A DNA stretch of 64,000 bases, from positions 6,852 through 70,851 of the forward strand of contig NW_005434615.1 of assembly GCF_000315625.1 (NCBI RefSeq), read 5' to 3'. This DNA is from Guillardia theta CCMP2712 (taxonomy: Eukaryota > Protista > Cryptophyta). The position numbers and the translations under genes were made by a program. Shown in pieces: positions 11,584 through 26,200 of this stretch. A model generated the notes under the pieces. That model saw only the letters and a list, made by a program, of their open reading frames with translations. It ran no database searches and was not told where the DNA came from. Numbering within the stretch: position 1 is the first letter of the stretch; each line of letters starts with the position of its first letter.

Positions 11584-13024
11584 ATGGTGCTATCACAGTC
11601 TGCGATTGCTGGAGTGGCGGGAATGGTGGGAGGCATGAGCCAAGTGAGTTCAAGTCATGCTCAAACCCCTCAGCTTCATCCTGCTCACATTCTCCTTGGT
11701 GACTTTGACTTTTGATGGGATGAAAGGTACTTGCAGAACAACCCTTCGACACGCTAAAAACAAGAGCTCAAGTCAAACGAGGCTCACCCCCAAGCATTTT
11801 TGAGCTGTTGCACAGTAACCCTGACCCTGCTCCTGGTAAATGGTCAGAATCAAAAAGTTGTCGGTCTGTTCTCCGTTCGTCGAATGGACGCCTTCATCAT
11901 CTGCCTATTAAGTAAGAACGATAACAGTCTTACAAATTTTCGATCCAACTCTTTCTGCAGTTTGCATGGAGTGTTATCTCTCTTACAGGGGTTGAGCCCT
12001 CGACTCATAAGCTATGGTGCTCAATGAGATTTCTATCACGTTGAATTTAACCCTTGTCTCTTACAAGGATTTGTAAAATTTTCACTTTTCTCGTGGTGAA
12101 AATCAATCTTGTGCTGAACGATAATCCTCACAGCTGCCTTTAGGTATGAGACATTCCTTCAAAAAACAAATAATAATGCAACCCTTTCTGGGGCTTTAGC
12201 TGGAGCGGGAAATACCGTGCAGTATCCTCACACTGTGGGAAGAACCTGATTTTCTGTTCAGGTTGTCAGTTGTCCGCAAGATGTCTTGAAATCTCGACTT
12301 CAAGTGCAACACAGAAATCAGAAGGTTCTGGGCCACATTTATCGTGAAATTCAACACCTTAGATCCTCAATTGGGATTTTTCGGGGCTTGTATTTGGGTT
12401 GGAGCACCCTACTTCTACGTGATACGCTTGGATATGCATTTTTGTATACGACTTTCCAATATGGCAAGCAGCGAAAGGTTCCGGACTCATATTCTTGTTT
12501 TCATACCAGCCGTTTGTTTCATGATACAAGATGTGCATCTGACAGATACCTGCATATGCAATTGGAGGTGCGGCTGGTCTGGCTTTCTATCTTCCGACGT
12601 TACCTATAGACAGAGTGAAAACTGTGATAATGACTCAAGTACGGGAATTCGTTTTAATTGATTGCTTTGCATTCACCGATCTTGACTTATTTAGGGCAGG
12701 AGCTGAAGTCTCCCGAACTTCTGATTCGACCTCTTGATTGTTTGAAGGATTTGGTCCAGAAGGAGGGGATTGCGGGATTGTAAATTCTTCAATTTGATCA
12801 TGGCTAAGTGCATCAAGAGTAACATGGCTTCCTTGACCAGATATCGAGGTGCCCTACCAACGATGTGTAAGACGTTCGTTGGACAGACCGTAATAGCACA
12901 GCCTAGGTGAATGATATCGTTGACCGTTTTCTGACAGGTTGCTTTGACTGCTTACGACGCCATTTTCCAAAATTTGACACGATGGAGAGATTCAAAGGCA
13001 ACATCAATACATTCTTACAACTGA
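11584..13024 (+). CDS. Mitochondrial carrier family (SLC25) protein, carnitine/ornithine-carrier-like
   Basis: Three Px[DE]xx[KR] signatures across exons (QPFDTLKTRAQ, CPQDVLKSRLQ, LPIDRVKTVIM), plus GLYLGWSTLLLRDTLGYA and EGIAGLYRGALP. Confidence 0.9.
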
Positions 13025-13178
13025 TTCTTTGAGTCAAGACTCGAGAGATTCTGCACGCCCAGTCACGGACTGGAGCACTGCAGCACCCGGGCCTTACCCG
13101 CCGGTACGGATCCGAGCCCCGCCTCGCTGACAGTGAGTCAGGTGTGGCAGTCAGGCCCGCCTCAGGCACTTGGCAGTT

Positions 13179-15076
13179 ATGCGAAGATCATCAAGTGTAA
13201 CGGTGGCGGCCCCCATGCTGAAGATGCGGCGGGTGGTTCTAATTTGTTGTGGCTTCGTGCTGCTGCCATGCTCCCTGCGGGCTGCCTGCTTGCAAGCCTC
13301 TCACTTGTCAGCACCCGATTGCTCATATACTGCTAGAAGATTGATTCCAGGATGTGCTACCGTTGCAGAAGCGGCCTTTGCTGCGCTTCACTTGCCCTCG
13401 AACAAGCGAGATCATTCCTTGGCCATATCGTCCTTTGCCTGCAAGTTTGGATCAGAACGACCGGCGACAAAGAAGTCATCTTCGTTTTCAAATCGAACGC
13501 CAAGTAAAGGATTGTCCACGCAGAATAAAAAGGTTCTTTTACCTGCGAAACAAAGGGGCGGTCTGAGCAGGAAGGAATGGGACCTTGCGGTAAAGATAGC
13601 AGGTCCAAAAACGAGCCCGGGGCAGCTGGCAAAAATGATGGACATGGCCAAAAATGGAAAATTCAATGAGCTGGAAGTTATTTGGGAGCGAGAAGGAGCA
13701 AGCAAGAATGAGGTCAAGCGCAGAACAAAGATTACAAAGGAAATTTTCGCCGGGAGCAATCAAAGCGGGCCTCAGAATGTAGTTGCTGCAACCCAGAGCG
13801 AGCTGCGTTGCGTTCATTTCGGAGCTTGTCCCGGCTGCATTGTAGAAGCAAATCTCCATGATACTCCCACGATCAACGAAGCCAAAATGTTTCTTGGCGC
13901 CCTCACGAAGCAAGCTGGAAGGGAATTTGAAGTGAATATGGGACAGATACATCGTTGGAGGACATTGGCAAAGCTTGCGGTGAGTCCTACTAACAATGAA
14001 ATGGGGTTCGAGATAGGGCTCTACAAGTCGGGGACTCACGATGTCTTAGCCATTCCGAGATGCCGGGTACACCACCCGAGCATCAATGAAGCTGTCTCAA
14101 TCCTTCAAGAAGAGATGCTTGCAGTTGGTATACAAGCATATGACGAGAAGAGCAGTGAAGGACACCTTCGATATGTGCAAATGATGGTAGAAAGACACTC
14201 TAACAAGGTTCAGATGACGATGGTGTGGAATGCGGAGAATTTTCGTGATGCCTCACCGCAAGCCCAGTTGCTCGTGAAGAGGTTGAAGCTTTACGACATC
14301 TTTCACAGCATCTGGATCAACTATCGTACTGGAACAGGGAACGTTATTTTTAACCGTGATGAGAAGAAGTGGCAACTTCTTATAGGGCCAAAATATGTTG
14401 CAGAAAGGATTGAGGCTGGCCTCAACTTGAGTTTTCCTATTGCGCCCAGCATGTTTCGGCAGGGGAATTTGGAGCAGTTCACTGCGATCATTCAAAAAGT
14501 AGAAACTTTTATTGAGCCTGGCTCAAAGGTTTGCGAACTTTATGCAGGAGCAGGAATGGTGGGCTTAAGTGCAGCTCTTCAAAATTGTGAATGGCTAAGG
14601 TGCTCCGACGAGAATCCAGCAAATCTTGACGCTTTCCTTGCAACAAAGCAATCTTTGCCAATAGATTTGAAGAGAAAGGCCTATTACACAACTTCTTCGG
14701 CAGAAGAAGCAATAGAGGATGGCCAAGTGGACGGGGCTGATGTTCTGATTGTTGATCCTCCACGAAAAGGACTTGAATTGTTGGCTCATTGGATTCAATC
14801 AAAAAGTCCTACGGAGTTGAAAAAGGTGAGCTCCAGTCTCGGATTAGAAATTCAATTGACGAAGTTTTACAGGTGATTTACATCAGCTGTGGATTCAAAG
14901 CTCTCAAGGAAGATTTGAAGGTGATGTTGTCTGGCAACAAGTAAGTGCTTTGAAACCTAAGGAATATTCTAACGATCTGACTTGGCATCAGATGGAAATT
15001 GACGCATGCCGAAGGACATGTACTGTTTCCTGGCTCGGATCACATAGAATGTCTTGTCGTGCTCGAAAAGCTTTAA
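13179..15076 (+). CDS. TrmA/RlmD-family RNA (uracil-5)-methyltransferase with N-terminal targeting extension
   Basis: Motifs CVHFGACPGC (Fe-S), FRQGN, ELYAGAG and VDPPRKGL. Spliced exons add VIYISCG and LFPGSDHIECLVVLEKL*. Confidence 0.9.
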
Positions 15077-15139
15077 AAACGATTCTTTGGCTAAATTGTA
15101 CGTAGTGTGAGGGATGGCGAAAACGTTATGATAAAATGA

Positions 15140-16900
15140 AAACATGGGAAAGAATACATGGAGGAAGAAACATCGAGGAAGAAACATCGAGGAGAAAATG
15201 CACAGAATGTTTGAAGCTGTTGCTCGGTATTCTAGAGATTTCACTCGCCATTGAAACTAGTTTACACTGAGAGCTACACGAGTATGAGAGCGAAACTTGC
15301 TGCCTTCGTGAACGCTTTGAGGCGGACTCGGTGATATCGATGGCAACATGGCAGGCGTTTGCTGAAGCGTCTGGGGGAGAGGAGGTGGCAGCTGAAAGGG
15401 CATGGCATGATTGGTGTGCAGGAATGGCGAGGAAGCGACAGTTTAGCTGCTGGTGATGAGACGATGCTTAGATTGTCACTGACTTTGTGTATGAAGCTTC
15501 TCTCACTTCATGGGATGGCTGGCCTACCATGATGATATTAACTTTTACAAGTTCACAGTCAACTTAATCAGGCAAAGGTGAGCTGGATGACGTGCTCGAG
15601 GAACTTTCTATGGCATTCATCCTAACGTTTCCTAGATGGTCAAATTTGTTATCAAGAACATGCTTGAGTCTCTGGCAGGATCATTACAGAAGCCGGATGA
15701 ATCAGAAACTAAATGTCAGAATTCTTTGTCATTGCAGGCATTAGTTTCATTCTGAATGTTTCAGATACTTGTCCTCAATCGTCGTAGAGATGTGATCCTT
15801 CTGCTAGAGGTGCGCACGTATTGGTCGCTGATTCATGAGTGATGAGTATCGCAGAGCATCGTTGGTTGGGGGAACGTCAAGGCAGATCGTATCAGTCGGG
15901 AGAAGGTGGTCAAGATGTGGCGTAACAAGATGAACTTCGCTCTGCTTCGGGGGATTCTTCATGTTTGGGAATCTGAGATAGTGCACGTCACTCGTCAAAG
16001 ACATGCTGCAATGATAATCTGTCGACGCAAAGCAGCCAATTTAATCAGCAGTGTTTACCGTCGATGGTTGAATTGGAGCTTCACCTCACGAATCGACAGG
16101 TTTGCTTGAGCTCTATGTTTCTTCTTCTTCTCTTGAGCACAAAGTCTCGCAGGCACCTCAAAATTCAAATCAGGAAGAAGCTGGTGCGGCGCACGGATGA
16201 CATGTGGGAAATCGATTCTCTTTCTCCCCTCCTGACGTTCTTTCCCTTGTCATTTTGCAGAGAAATTTCGTTACGTGAGGAACTTCCAGCCAGGTAGTTT
16301 CATCAGCTCTCATGTGTCAATGCTGACCTCCAACGGCAGATGCAGAAGCCAAAAAGGTGTTGCCATCAAGGGAGAATTGTCTTGACAATTAGCTTGTGAT
16401 TGTGTAGACTTCTTGATTCGAATTTTGAATCGCGTGTTCACGAAGCTATCGAGAAACATCTTGAGACGTTGGTCTATGGCTTTGACGATCAGAAAGAAAA
16501 AACAGTTTGCCAACGCACGAGCTGCAAAAAGGAGCCGAGTGAGGACTTGCGCTGTAGTGATCGACGCATGGAGCTCGTTCGTAGACAGGAGTTTTCTGCT
16601 TCATCAAATGCGACGAAAGATCGGCAATCGGCACAATCACTTTGTCATGAAGGTGTGTGTTCTTGCATCAAGCTTTCATTCGAAGAATCAAGGGATGCGG
16701 GTTTGACATGAACATCCAGAATGTCGTTCTCCTATGGAAAGATTGTACTCGAAAAATGCGGAGGCTTCGGGGCAGACTGCGAAGGTCAGATATTCTTGCC
16801 TCTCCAACTAAACACGAGATAAGTTTGGAATTAGATTGCAAAGGCGCATGATCACCCGCGGAAGGAAGAATACTTTTCTCTTATGGCGTGTGAGTTGTGG
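15140..16900 (+). CDS. Multi-exon basic protein with Trp-periodic, Sfi1-like repeats (ends uncertain)
   Basis: Exons such as ILHVWESEIV...ISSVYRRWLNWSF and NILRRWSMAL...AVVIDAWSSFV show W roughly every 30-33 aa in a basic helical context. Confidence 0.45.
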
Positions 16901-17202
16901 ACCTTGCCGTTAGATCACGATGAAAATTGTTGCAGATGTTAAGTGAGGAGACTAGGGAAGAACGCATAATGTTCAGTCGTGTTGTCAGAAGGTGATCTAA
17001 GAATCTTTCAAATCTTTTTTCTGATTTTGATTGGGTCAGCGGACGTCTCGATTTCTTGGGAGGGTGATACCTGGATCTCAAGCAGTACAAGAAAGCTGCT
17101 TCTCGTGTATTTTGAGCTTCTTTTATTCTTTTTGTATTCTTTTTGTATTCTTCTTTTGTTATTCTTTTTTATTCACAAACAAGGAACCATCTAAGAAAAT
17201 CT

Positions 17203-20200
17203 CTACACACTGGCTAACGGGAATCCGTTCCTATCCTTCATCACGCCGTCTGCTCTGTTGTTACTCGATCCATTCTCAATGAGGGGCACGTCGTTGGCTG
17301 GCTCCTCTTGGTCCGTCTTTAGCCTCTCGACGAAGAGAACTCTCCTCATCAGCTGTTTCAGCCTCTCCGGCATCGTCTCCGAGAAGTTGCGACGCACGGC
17401 CTCGTTCTGCCTCGACCTCTGCTGCACAGACAAACGATCGGCTGCGTATACCAGCCCTCCGCTCATGACTGGCTCAGGACGAGAGTTGGAGACGTTCCAA
17501 CGCGATGCAGCGCGAAGAAGCTCCTCTTTCTTGGCAGCTACAAACCTCTCGGCGTCAGGGTTCGTCGCTGCTGCCTTCTTGCTCATCTCATCCAACCGCT
17601 TAGTAAGTTCGTCCCTGGCAGCCGCCGACTGAGACTCGAGCTTTGACTTGTGCAGCACAGTCGTGACCTCGTTCAAGTCTCTCTCCGCGAGGATGCTGTC
17701 CGGATCGAACTCGATGTACTTGTCCGCCTTCTTCTTCGATCTTCCTGCGTGCGCGTCGTCCTCAGTCGTGTTGCCTCCCCTGCTGATCTCTTCTTGGGTC
17801 GGGAGCGGCAGAGTATTGAGCACTATGTCCTGCACCACCTTCTGACCCTCTAGGATCTTGCCCTGCTGGATGCTGACCAAGCGGTAGAGGTAGACGGCGA
17901 CGAGAAAGCCGACGACTATCACCGGCACTCCTGCCATCATCACCCACTTGAAAACAACGTCGAGCGGAGTTTTGGCGACGATAATCTTCTCATTGCACAA
18001 GCCAGAGTAAGAGTTCTTGTAGCCCTGGTCGCAGACACAAGTTGTGCCTGACTTGGCACAGAATCCATGGGAGTTGCAGTGGATTCCGATGCTGTTAGGA
18101 TCTCTCGTGCAGTACCTCTGACACATCTCGCCGTACCACGGGCAAGCTGCCGCAGAAACGTTCTGATCTGCACAGCATCGACACGCGAGGCCTTCACATC
18201 TCCCATGCCCGGAGCAGTTTCTATCCAGTATGATTCCATCTTGCACGCTATTCGGGTTCCTGTCACAACCCGAGCAGGTGCTGTTATCCCCCAGACACAC
18301 GTCACAGAAGTCGTAACGCCCACCACCGTTAGGGATTCCCGTGCAGTCTAGCTCAGCCTCTGCGATTGCAAAGGTGCCAACGGTCTTAGAATAGCACTCC
18401 AGGTAGTGAAAGCAAGTCTTGTTCACTCCTGTGCTCATGCAGAACTTATGAATTGAGCTCAACCCAGAGGATTGCCTGATGCCCACGTACGTCCACTGCT
18501 GCAAGGTGAGGTCCCACCTGATGCAGGACGGAACGATGCCTGGTTTGCCGGGTTTGTTTTCTGCCTTGCTCTGAGCATCACGAACAAGTTGTTCAGTGAC
18601 GGGGATCCTCAGCGTGAGCTCGCTGGACGCGAAGTCTCCAGAGAAGGTTGTTTGAACAGAAGGCGACGATCCAGAAGAAAGCGAGAAGATGTAGGAGTTT
18701 GGAGAGAGCAGCACCTGGTCACTCAAACCCTGAAAGAAGTTCCCAGATGAAACAGATGCATAGGCCTGGAAGTATTGGTTGCCCAATGACGTGAGCTCGT
18801 AGGGAAGTGACGAAGGCAGTTGAAGAATCAACGGGCTGCTCGACCCTTGAGAGGAGGTTTCAGTCGGGCACTGAGAGTCGAGGCAGCAAAGAGCTCCTCC
18901 ATTCTTAGAGCAGCATTGCCGGATGTCTCTTGCCTGCATACAGCTGTCATCTCCGGCGAGAGTACTTGACTCAAGACTTAAGGAATAATCATTGAAATCC
19001 TGTCGTGCGATCACTACTGCGAGCAATTGCAAAACGTCATTTTGAAGCACCACTTTCTCCCCCACAGCTGCACTAGAAAGCTTTAGCACTACCATGCTGT
19101 TGATCAAATTCAAGAGAGAAAGACGCTGACTATAATCATTAGCATTGATAGCTCTCCTTGTAATGACCTGCACGTTGCCTTTAAGGCTAAATTTGTAAAT
19201 CTGACCTTGCGCAGCGGAAACCAGAGTTGCCATATCTGCTGGGATGGTCGTGACTTCAAAGGTTGAGAAATATTGAGAGTTTGACAATGATTGAGAAATG
19301 ACAGTCTGAGCCAATCTATTCAACAGAGAAATGATGTCGGAGACAATCGCCGAGTCTAACTTGGAGTAGTCCTGCAGAAGCGAAAGCACAATGCTGACAT
19401 ATCGTAATGCCGTCTCTGCACTCGTCTGAGTGGATGTCAGCGTTGAGCTCAGCAGGGATACTATGGTCTTTCTTTCTGTAAGCGTATTGACAACCGACGG
19501 AGAATTGAGGCTTTCTGCAAGCACAGCCAACAATGTCAAGTCCAAATCCACTCCATTCAAAGCATTTGTCAAGCTTGAATTGAGAGACATCGAGAAGCTG
19601 GAGGGATCGTCGGTCTTGACTATGACTTCATCCCCTGATACCGTAGCCATCTCGCCATCTCGATTGTAGATCTTGACAAAGGGGATGTAGGTCCCTTCAG
19701 GCAAGACTGTGCGGATAGAGTTCTTCCAACTCTTCTGCGACAACAAGATAGTGCAGGGAGAGAAAGTGCAGTCTCGACGCTGCAACCCGATAGAATACAA
19801 CAACGGGCTTGTGATGTTCGCCACATCCACAAAGTATGAGGCTACGATGACAAACGTGGTGGACAGAGGTCGTCCTGTGCCAGGAGTGACCATGACATGA
19901 CCGTGCGTTGGAGCTTGAATGAACGAAAATGCAACGGATGCAACCCCAGTGTTGCCAAGAACATCTGTCACAGATACTTCAAACGTGTAATCTCCTCTCG
20001 CTTGATCAAAAACGTGGGAACGGATTCCCAGGTAGTATTGGCACATCGTTGTGCAGGCCATGATCTTGGCTTGGTAGCTGCTTTCTGTACAAGACTGGTA
20101 AAGGCTCTCAAGCGACCCGTTGACAGGGCACGCGCTTGTCAAGATGTTGGAAGAGAAGCACCAGTCCTCTCTCCTCATACAGTTGACGACTCTCTCCCCG

Positions 20201-23200
20201 ACCAGTCGCCATCGCACTGACGCCACGTTGGCCTCTGCTGTCACCTGCGCCAGCAAGACTAGTGGATCACTTGCACGGACCACGTGCTTGCTCAGCGTGG
20301 AGTTTCTTTCAGTCTGCATGTAATTGTATGAAATCGCATCCATGGACCTAAAGGACAAGGAGACCTGGGGAGCATACATACTCGGTACCATATTGATCAC
20401 GAGACGAGCTCCACTGTATCCGAGGTTGCGATCGACACCGCAATCTTGTAGAGTAGCTTTTCCTATGCTGACTTGCACCAAGCAAGCGTAATCAAGAGCC
20501 CAAACCTGAACTTCAAACACAAGGCTGACCGCGCGAACAGGGAATCTGCTGCGACGAAGATTTCCAATGCTCTTGACGGGAGTGAACCACTCGATTGGAC
20601 ACGTCTGCATATCGACTTCCACCCAATCCATGCGATACTGGCAAAGCCACTGAACTGAGACGCCGGAATATGACAGAGTATTACTTGCAGGAAGGTTGAC
20701 ATTCCTCGAGCTAGAAGCATTCAAAATGACGTCAGGAATGAGAATTCCAGTTATCTTCTCGTCCCAGAGCGATATCGTTCGATCTCCACCAGCTATGCCA
20801 GCAAACGCTTTTGCAAAACCAACTCGCACTGTCGCTAAATCTGCAGTTTGTGACTGGCCCATGGTTGCCTTCAACTCAATGGTGTATGTATTCCCAGGAG
20901 TCAGACTGTATGGGGGAAGGCTGAAGGATTTGCCTGAGGATTGAAAGACCATATTGGCACCTGAGAAAATGATCCAACTCAAGGTTCCGCCATAAAAGCT
21001 GGACGGCAAGCAGGTTGGATCAGAAACAGTCAGCATACTGTCCATTGATAGCGATTCAAATGCAAAGATGCTGTCGTACTTCTGAAGAATCTTCACACTG
21101 AAAGCGAGAGATGAGTTCTTCAAGATTGTAACTGTCTTCGAAGCAGATTGTCCAAGCCAGTTCTTAAGCTGCAGATTGATTACATAGGTACCTTCTGGAT
21201 AAAACCATGACAAGTTCGAAGGAATTTCGACATAGAGTCCACTCATTTCTTGCAGAAACTGGGACATATTCCCTCGAATGACCGAAGGAGCTTGCACGAC
21301 AGTCCATTGAATGGATCTGAACAACCTCCCAGCGGACCCGAGCGAAGCACTAGCATCCAGAATGAAAGGATCGCAAGGTCCCACAACCTGGTGGAAAAGT
21401 CAGAAATCAGAGGGCAGTAAAATTATCGTTTACCATCTTCTCTTGGAGATCGACAATTGGTTTCACTTGGTCATTGTTGAGAGTGTATAAGTGCGACTGC
21501 GAAATCAACGAGTTTGAAGACATGCTCGATACTGGGATGAAGTAAGTAGTGTTGTCAAACCCCTGGAATATTGTCCAACGAAGTACATTGTAGAGCTCGA
21601 CTTGAGTTTGTAGTTGAAAATGTTGCGTGGTCAATGACGGTGAATCACAATGCGTACCCGGTTTTCCGCAGAAACTCCGTTGTTGCGTCCAAATGAAGAG
21701 GTCCGAATTCGCCAAAGTGCTTCTTTCCTTCCTCGAGTTGGCGACCATCAAGTAGTGCGAGACAACGTCATTGCTCGATGGGTTCGACATGGCGGTTGTT
21801 GAGAAGGTAGTAAGGCCAGCAGCGCCTTCGGTGAAGATGTTCTGTACTTTCTTGTATTGCTTGAGCTTTGTATCAATCTGAGAGTCAAAAACGTGTCAAA
21901 TGGATCATAGTAACATTGAACATACCTCGAATATGAAGGACTCTTGGATATATCCTCGAGACATACATCCGCTGTTGTAGTTTGCTACGGCGACAAAAGC
22001 CTTGTTTTCAATTTCAAAGCCTGAGATATCTTTGGCTCCAAACGAAGGTAACTGTATGATTGGATTGGATTGGTGGAGGGCAACAGTCACTGGTAATACA
22101 ATCAAGCTGGTCCCAGGCATGTGAGCGGGGCAATCAAGCGATTGGAGGCAGGACAAGCCTTGCCGAGCACCAGCAGAGCAGAAGCAGTCACTTTGATTGT
22201 TGCAGGGCTGAGGAATGGGATTGTCCGCTTGCTGGTAAACGCAATTGCCAGCATCTGTCGCTTTGGTTCCATTTTGACCTCTCAGTACAGTAATTTGTCC
22301 CGGGATCCTGCAAGGCCCAAAGAAGCCAAACGGTCCTGGGTCTTTACAGCAGCTCCCTGGAACCTGTGAAGGCACGTAATCTTCGCAAGTACCAAACTTA
22401 GTGCCAGAAAAGTGATGGTATTCATCGATGCCATGACATGGATTTTTAGCACATTCCTCCGAAGCTATTGTGCAATTGCAGACTGGTCGCATACAGCGAA
22501 AGCCAGTAAAGACTTTCAAGTAAGCGGCCTTAGGCAGAAATCTGAAGCTCTCGGTCTCACTATTGAGCGATGAAAACCCACAGACGTTGGTAGCATTGGA
22601 ATCCTGGGCTCCCCGACAAGGTGAGGCTTTGACAAGAACATTATCGGATTCTCGCTGTACAAAAACTTCGATGTTGCCAATAGAGTGACCACTGACGATG
22701 TCAAGAAGACCATCGCCGTTGAAGTCTATGACAACAGGCGAACTGGCAGAGCCAAGGGTGCTCAGGTTGGAGGAGCCTATGTTTGGAGGGATTTCATCGT
22801 CCAGACCAGCATAAGTGATTGGAGAGCTGAGATTTCTAGCGGTTAGAATCAAAATCTTTCCTTGTTCGGTTCCAACCAAAATCTCTGATTTGTTGTTTTT
22901 GTTGAGATCAACAAAACTTGGAGCTAAGCTCTGCAGGAAGGAGTTAGTGTAAACCATCACTTTTTGTTCGAATTTGAATAGTGGTTGTTTAGAGGTTCCT
23001 TGGTTCAGGCATAGAGACAGCACCCCATCTTTCTCTCCCAGGAGCAGATCCGGTAGACCGTCAGAGTTTACATCAAAGAATGTTGGCTTCGCATTTCCGG
23101 AAACGTTGACGGATTGAAACGGTTCGGTAAAGGCGCGACTGAATGTTGCGTCTGATAGTTTGGTACAAATGGGGGGATTTGATGAGGAAGCATTGCTGTA

Positions 23201-26200
23201 AAAAGTTTGCAACTTCCCATCCTCCAATCCAACAACCAGATCTAGATTTCCGTCTCCATTCAAATCCACAAAACTTGGAGCAACTCTGCCACGTGGGAAA
23301 GTTAGCGATAGTAATGATCCGGGAATCTGATTGTTGGCAGTTTCTTCTGCCCAAGCACCCGCCCCTTTGTTTATGAACAGTCTTAATCTGCCTTGTGAAG
23401 TCCCGACCACAACGTCACGCGCGCCATCGCAATTGAGATCGACCGTGACCAGATTGATCCGTCTGACATATGAATGGCCGTCTATTTCGCCCAGGAGAGC
23501 TCCGAATTTATCTATCCTGTAAGAGTTCTCGCCAAGTGCGAACCAGGCCTTACGATAGTCTCTCGGAGTAACAAACGGATCCCCTTCCAACTCGAGGTTG
23601 ACGACGCCGTCTTTTGTCGTCTTGTTGTCCATGAGATCGAAAGCCTCGCTTGCAAACTTGGTGTCGAATTGTTGGAGCTGACCATCAGCAAGAGAGGACT
23701 GCGAATCAACAACCATCATGATCTCATCATCAAGCTGCACGTATGCGCCTGGGATTAGGTATTCAGCAGTGGATGAATCCAACTCTTGAAAAGAAATGTT
23801 TGCAACGGTGTTTATCATGCACCATCGGGTTGGGAGACATTCGTTTTGACTCTGATTGCACGGATATGGCACAAAACTGCTGATTACTGCAGCAGCACTC
23901 AAACGAATAACATCAGCCTTTGCTCTCAGCGTTCTTGGATCTTGATTGCAGACAGTTGCTTGACATCGTTGAGACTTATCGCGGTAATTACTTATTAAGA
24001 GAATCCATTGATTGTTTAGAATCAAGGACTCCATGTTGCTTGCATCTCCACTGCTTGTAATCGCCAACACTTCGATATACCTGCCAGGCAGTACCCTGTA
24101 CTGATCGCCGACAAGCACGATTGTCTGAGGGGTCCATTGCAGCATCCTGCATTTCCCCGAGTCTTCAAGTACCAAGAAATAGTCCTTGGGCCCGAATGAC
24201 ATAGCCTTCACTTGAATAGCACCAGAAGAAGGGATCTCCTGGTGGAGAGTAAAGGTTTTAGAGTCCGAGCTCCAGTCGTAAATGAGAGTGCTTTGGCTGT
24301 AAGAAGTTCCGTTGTAGTATTGAGCCACTGCTAAAAGAGCAGAAGTCACACTTGGGTCCGACTCGATGTTAATGATTTGAAGGTCGACCGGCCCGGCAAC
24401 TGCGAGACTTTGTTGCATAAATAGTGCCGTACCGCTGATGCCATTCACGTTCCACTGCAAGAGTTCGTACACGTCGACAGAACCTGAAAGGCTGAGGCAC
24501 TTCTTGTTATCTCGATAGTCCATCTGACAGTAACTTGCTACTATGACCCAATCACGACCGACAGCAGAGAACGCTTCGATATCTTTGACAAAAATCCCAT
24601 TGATGTTCATGTAGCATGTCCTTGTATACTCGATTGGCTGTCCCTTCAGACTCATCGTTGGGCAGGTCAGAAAGCTCTTCTGAAAGTATTCAGACTGAGT
24701 GACATCAAAAGTCTGATTGCAAGCGTCACTCTGACACTCGTACGAACTTTTCCACGGCAAGGAAGTGAGCGATTCCGTTCCGTTGTTGATTTCAATAGAA
24801 TAGGTGATATCCATCGATGGAGCAGTTGAAGAAGGGACAAAAAGATCGCCGGGATGAAGTAGGGAGCTTGGTTGGAGCAGCAAAGATACTGTTCTTGGAT
24901 TGATCCATGAGCACGTGAAATTAGGCGCTACATAATCAGTGTTGTTCGAGACTTGGAGGAGTAGCAGATCGTGAAAACTTCTGCATGAATCGACGTAATT
25001 CATGTATCCTTGGTTTGTATCCTGCAAACTAAGTGAGTTACGAATTAATCTGATTGCAATTACCTTATCAAATGTGAACTCAATACTGAGATAGTCCTTG
25101 CCAAATGATACCCCTAGAAGAGAAGGTGGGGAAGGCTTGACAACAAATGGAAAAGAAAGCTGTGTGACGTCATTTCCGTCCGAATATTTTCCAATGTAAG
25201 TAAAGAAAAGCTGATACCCTGCTCCTGGGCAGCTCACTCTCAGTGACGGAAAGGTGGCTTTACCGTTAACAAGGTTTGATGTCAAGTTGCCAGAGATTTC
25301 TGAACCAATGTTGTCTATGCCAGGGCTCAACGTGACATTCGCGTATCCAAGATTCGTCCGATTGGGATTGAAATATTTGTCAGACATTTCAAAGAAACTC
25401 GCTCGGTTGGTGCAGTTGAAGCTGTTGTCGATCGGATTGCTGCCTTCCATGCAACTGGATGAGAGGAAAGAAGATACTTCGCTGGATAGCGGGAGGGTGA
25501 TGTCTTGTTGCACAACAAACGATGATATAACCGGTGACAGCACGTGCAGGTGCTGAACGTCTCCTGACACAACCTTGAACGGTTGGCTCAATCCAGGTGA
25601 TTCAGGCACCACATAAGAGAATGATGGATTGTGATAAACGGGATAGCTGTACTTCCAGCAAAACGTTGGGCAGCTAGACTTAGTATCGTAGATGTTCACA
25701 TCTAAAAGAACGTTTGTGCCTGGCAATAGGGCTTTCACCACCGATGCAGTGTCGTTCTGGCACAATGCTTTGCATATGCTGGCATTGGGATGGACGTTTC
25801 CGCTGGTGTCTTCCCATCTCAAGCTCTGAGAGGCTTGATACCTTCCCCACGTGGTGTCTTGAATAAAACTGATTGGAGGATTTCTCGCAGTTCGCAAGTC
25901 CCACTGGATATCGCGGAGCTGAGACTGAGAAATTTGCTGAGACGCATCTTGGAGACCTGAGGGGCTGATACACCTGTAGCGATATCCCTTCCTCGGTTTT
26001 CTGCAAATGATCTTGCTGAAGATAACGCGGCCTTGCCTGGTGTAATTCATGGGAAGGCCCATTGGCAAAGATCGGGAGGAGCATGCCTCGCAAATATCGT
26101 AGTTTTCGTTGCGATTCGGAGGCAGTAACTTCACTAAGCAGGCACAATTGGTTCCATCCGCAAGACAAATCTTACGATCAGGGCAATCAAATGCTCCTCT

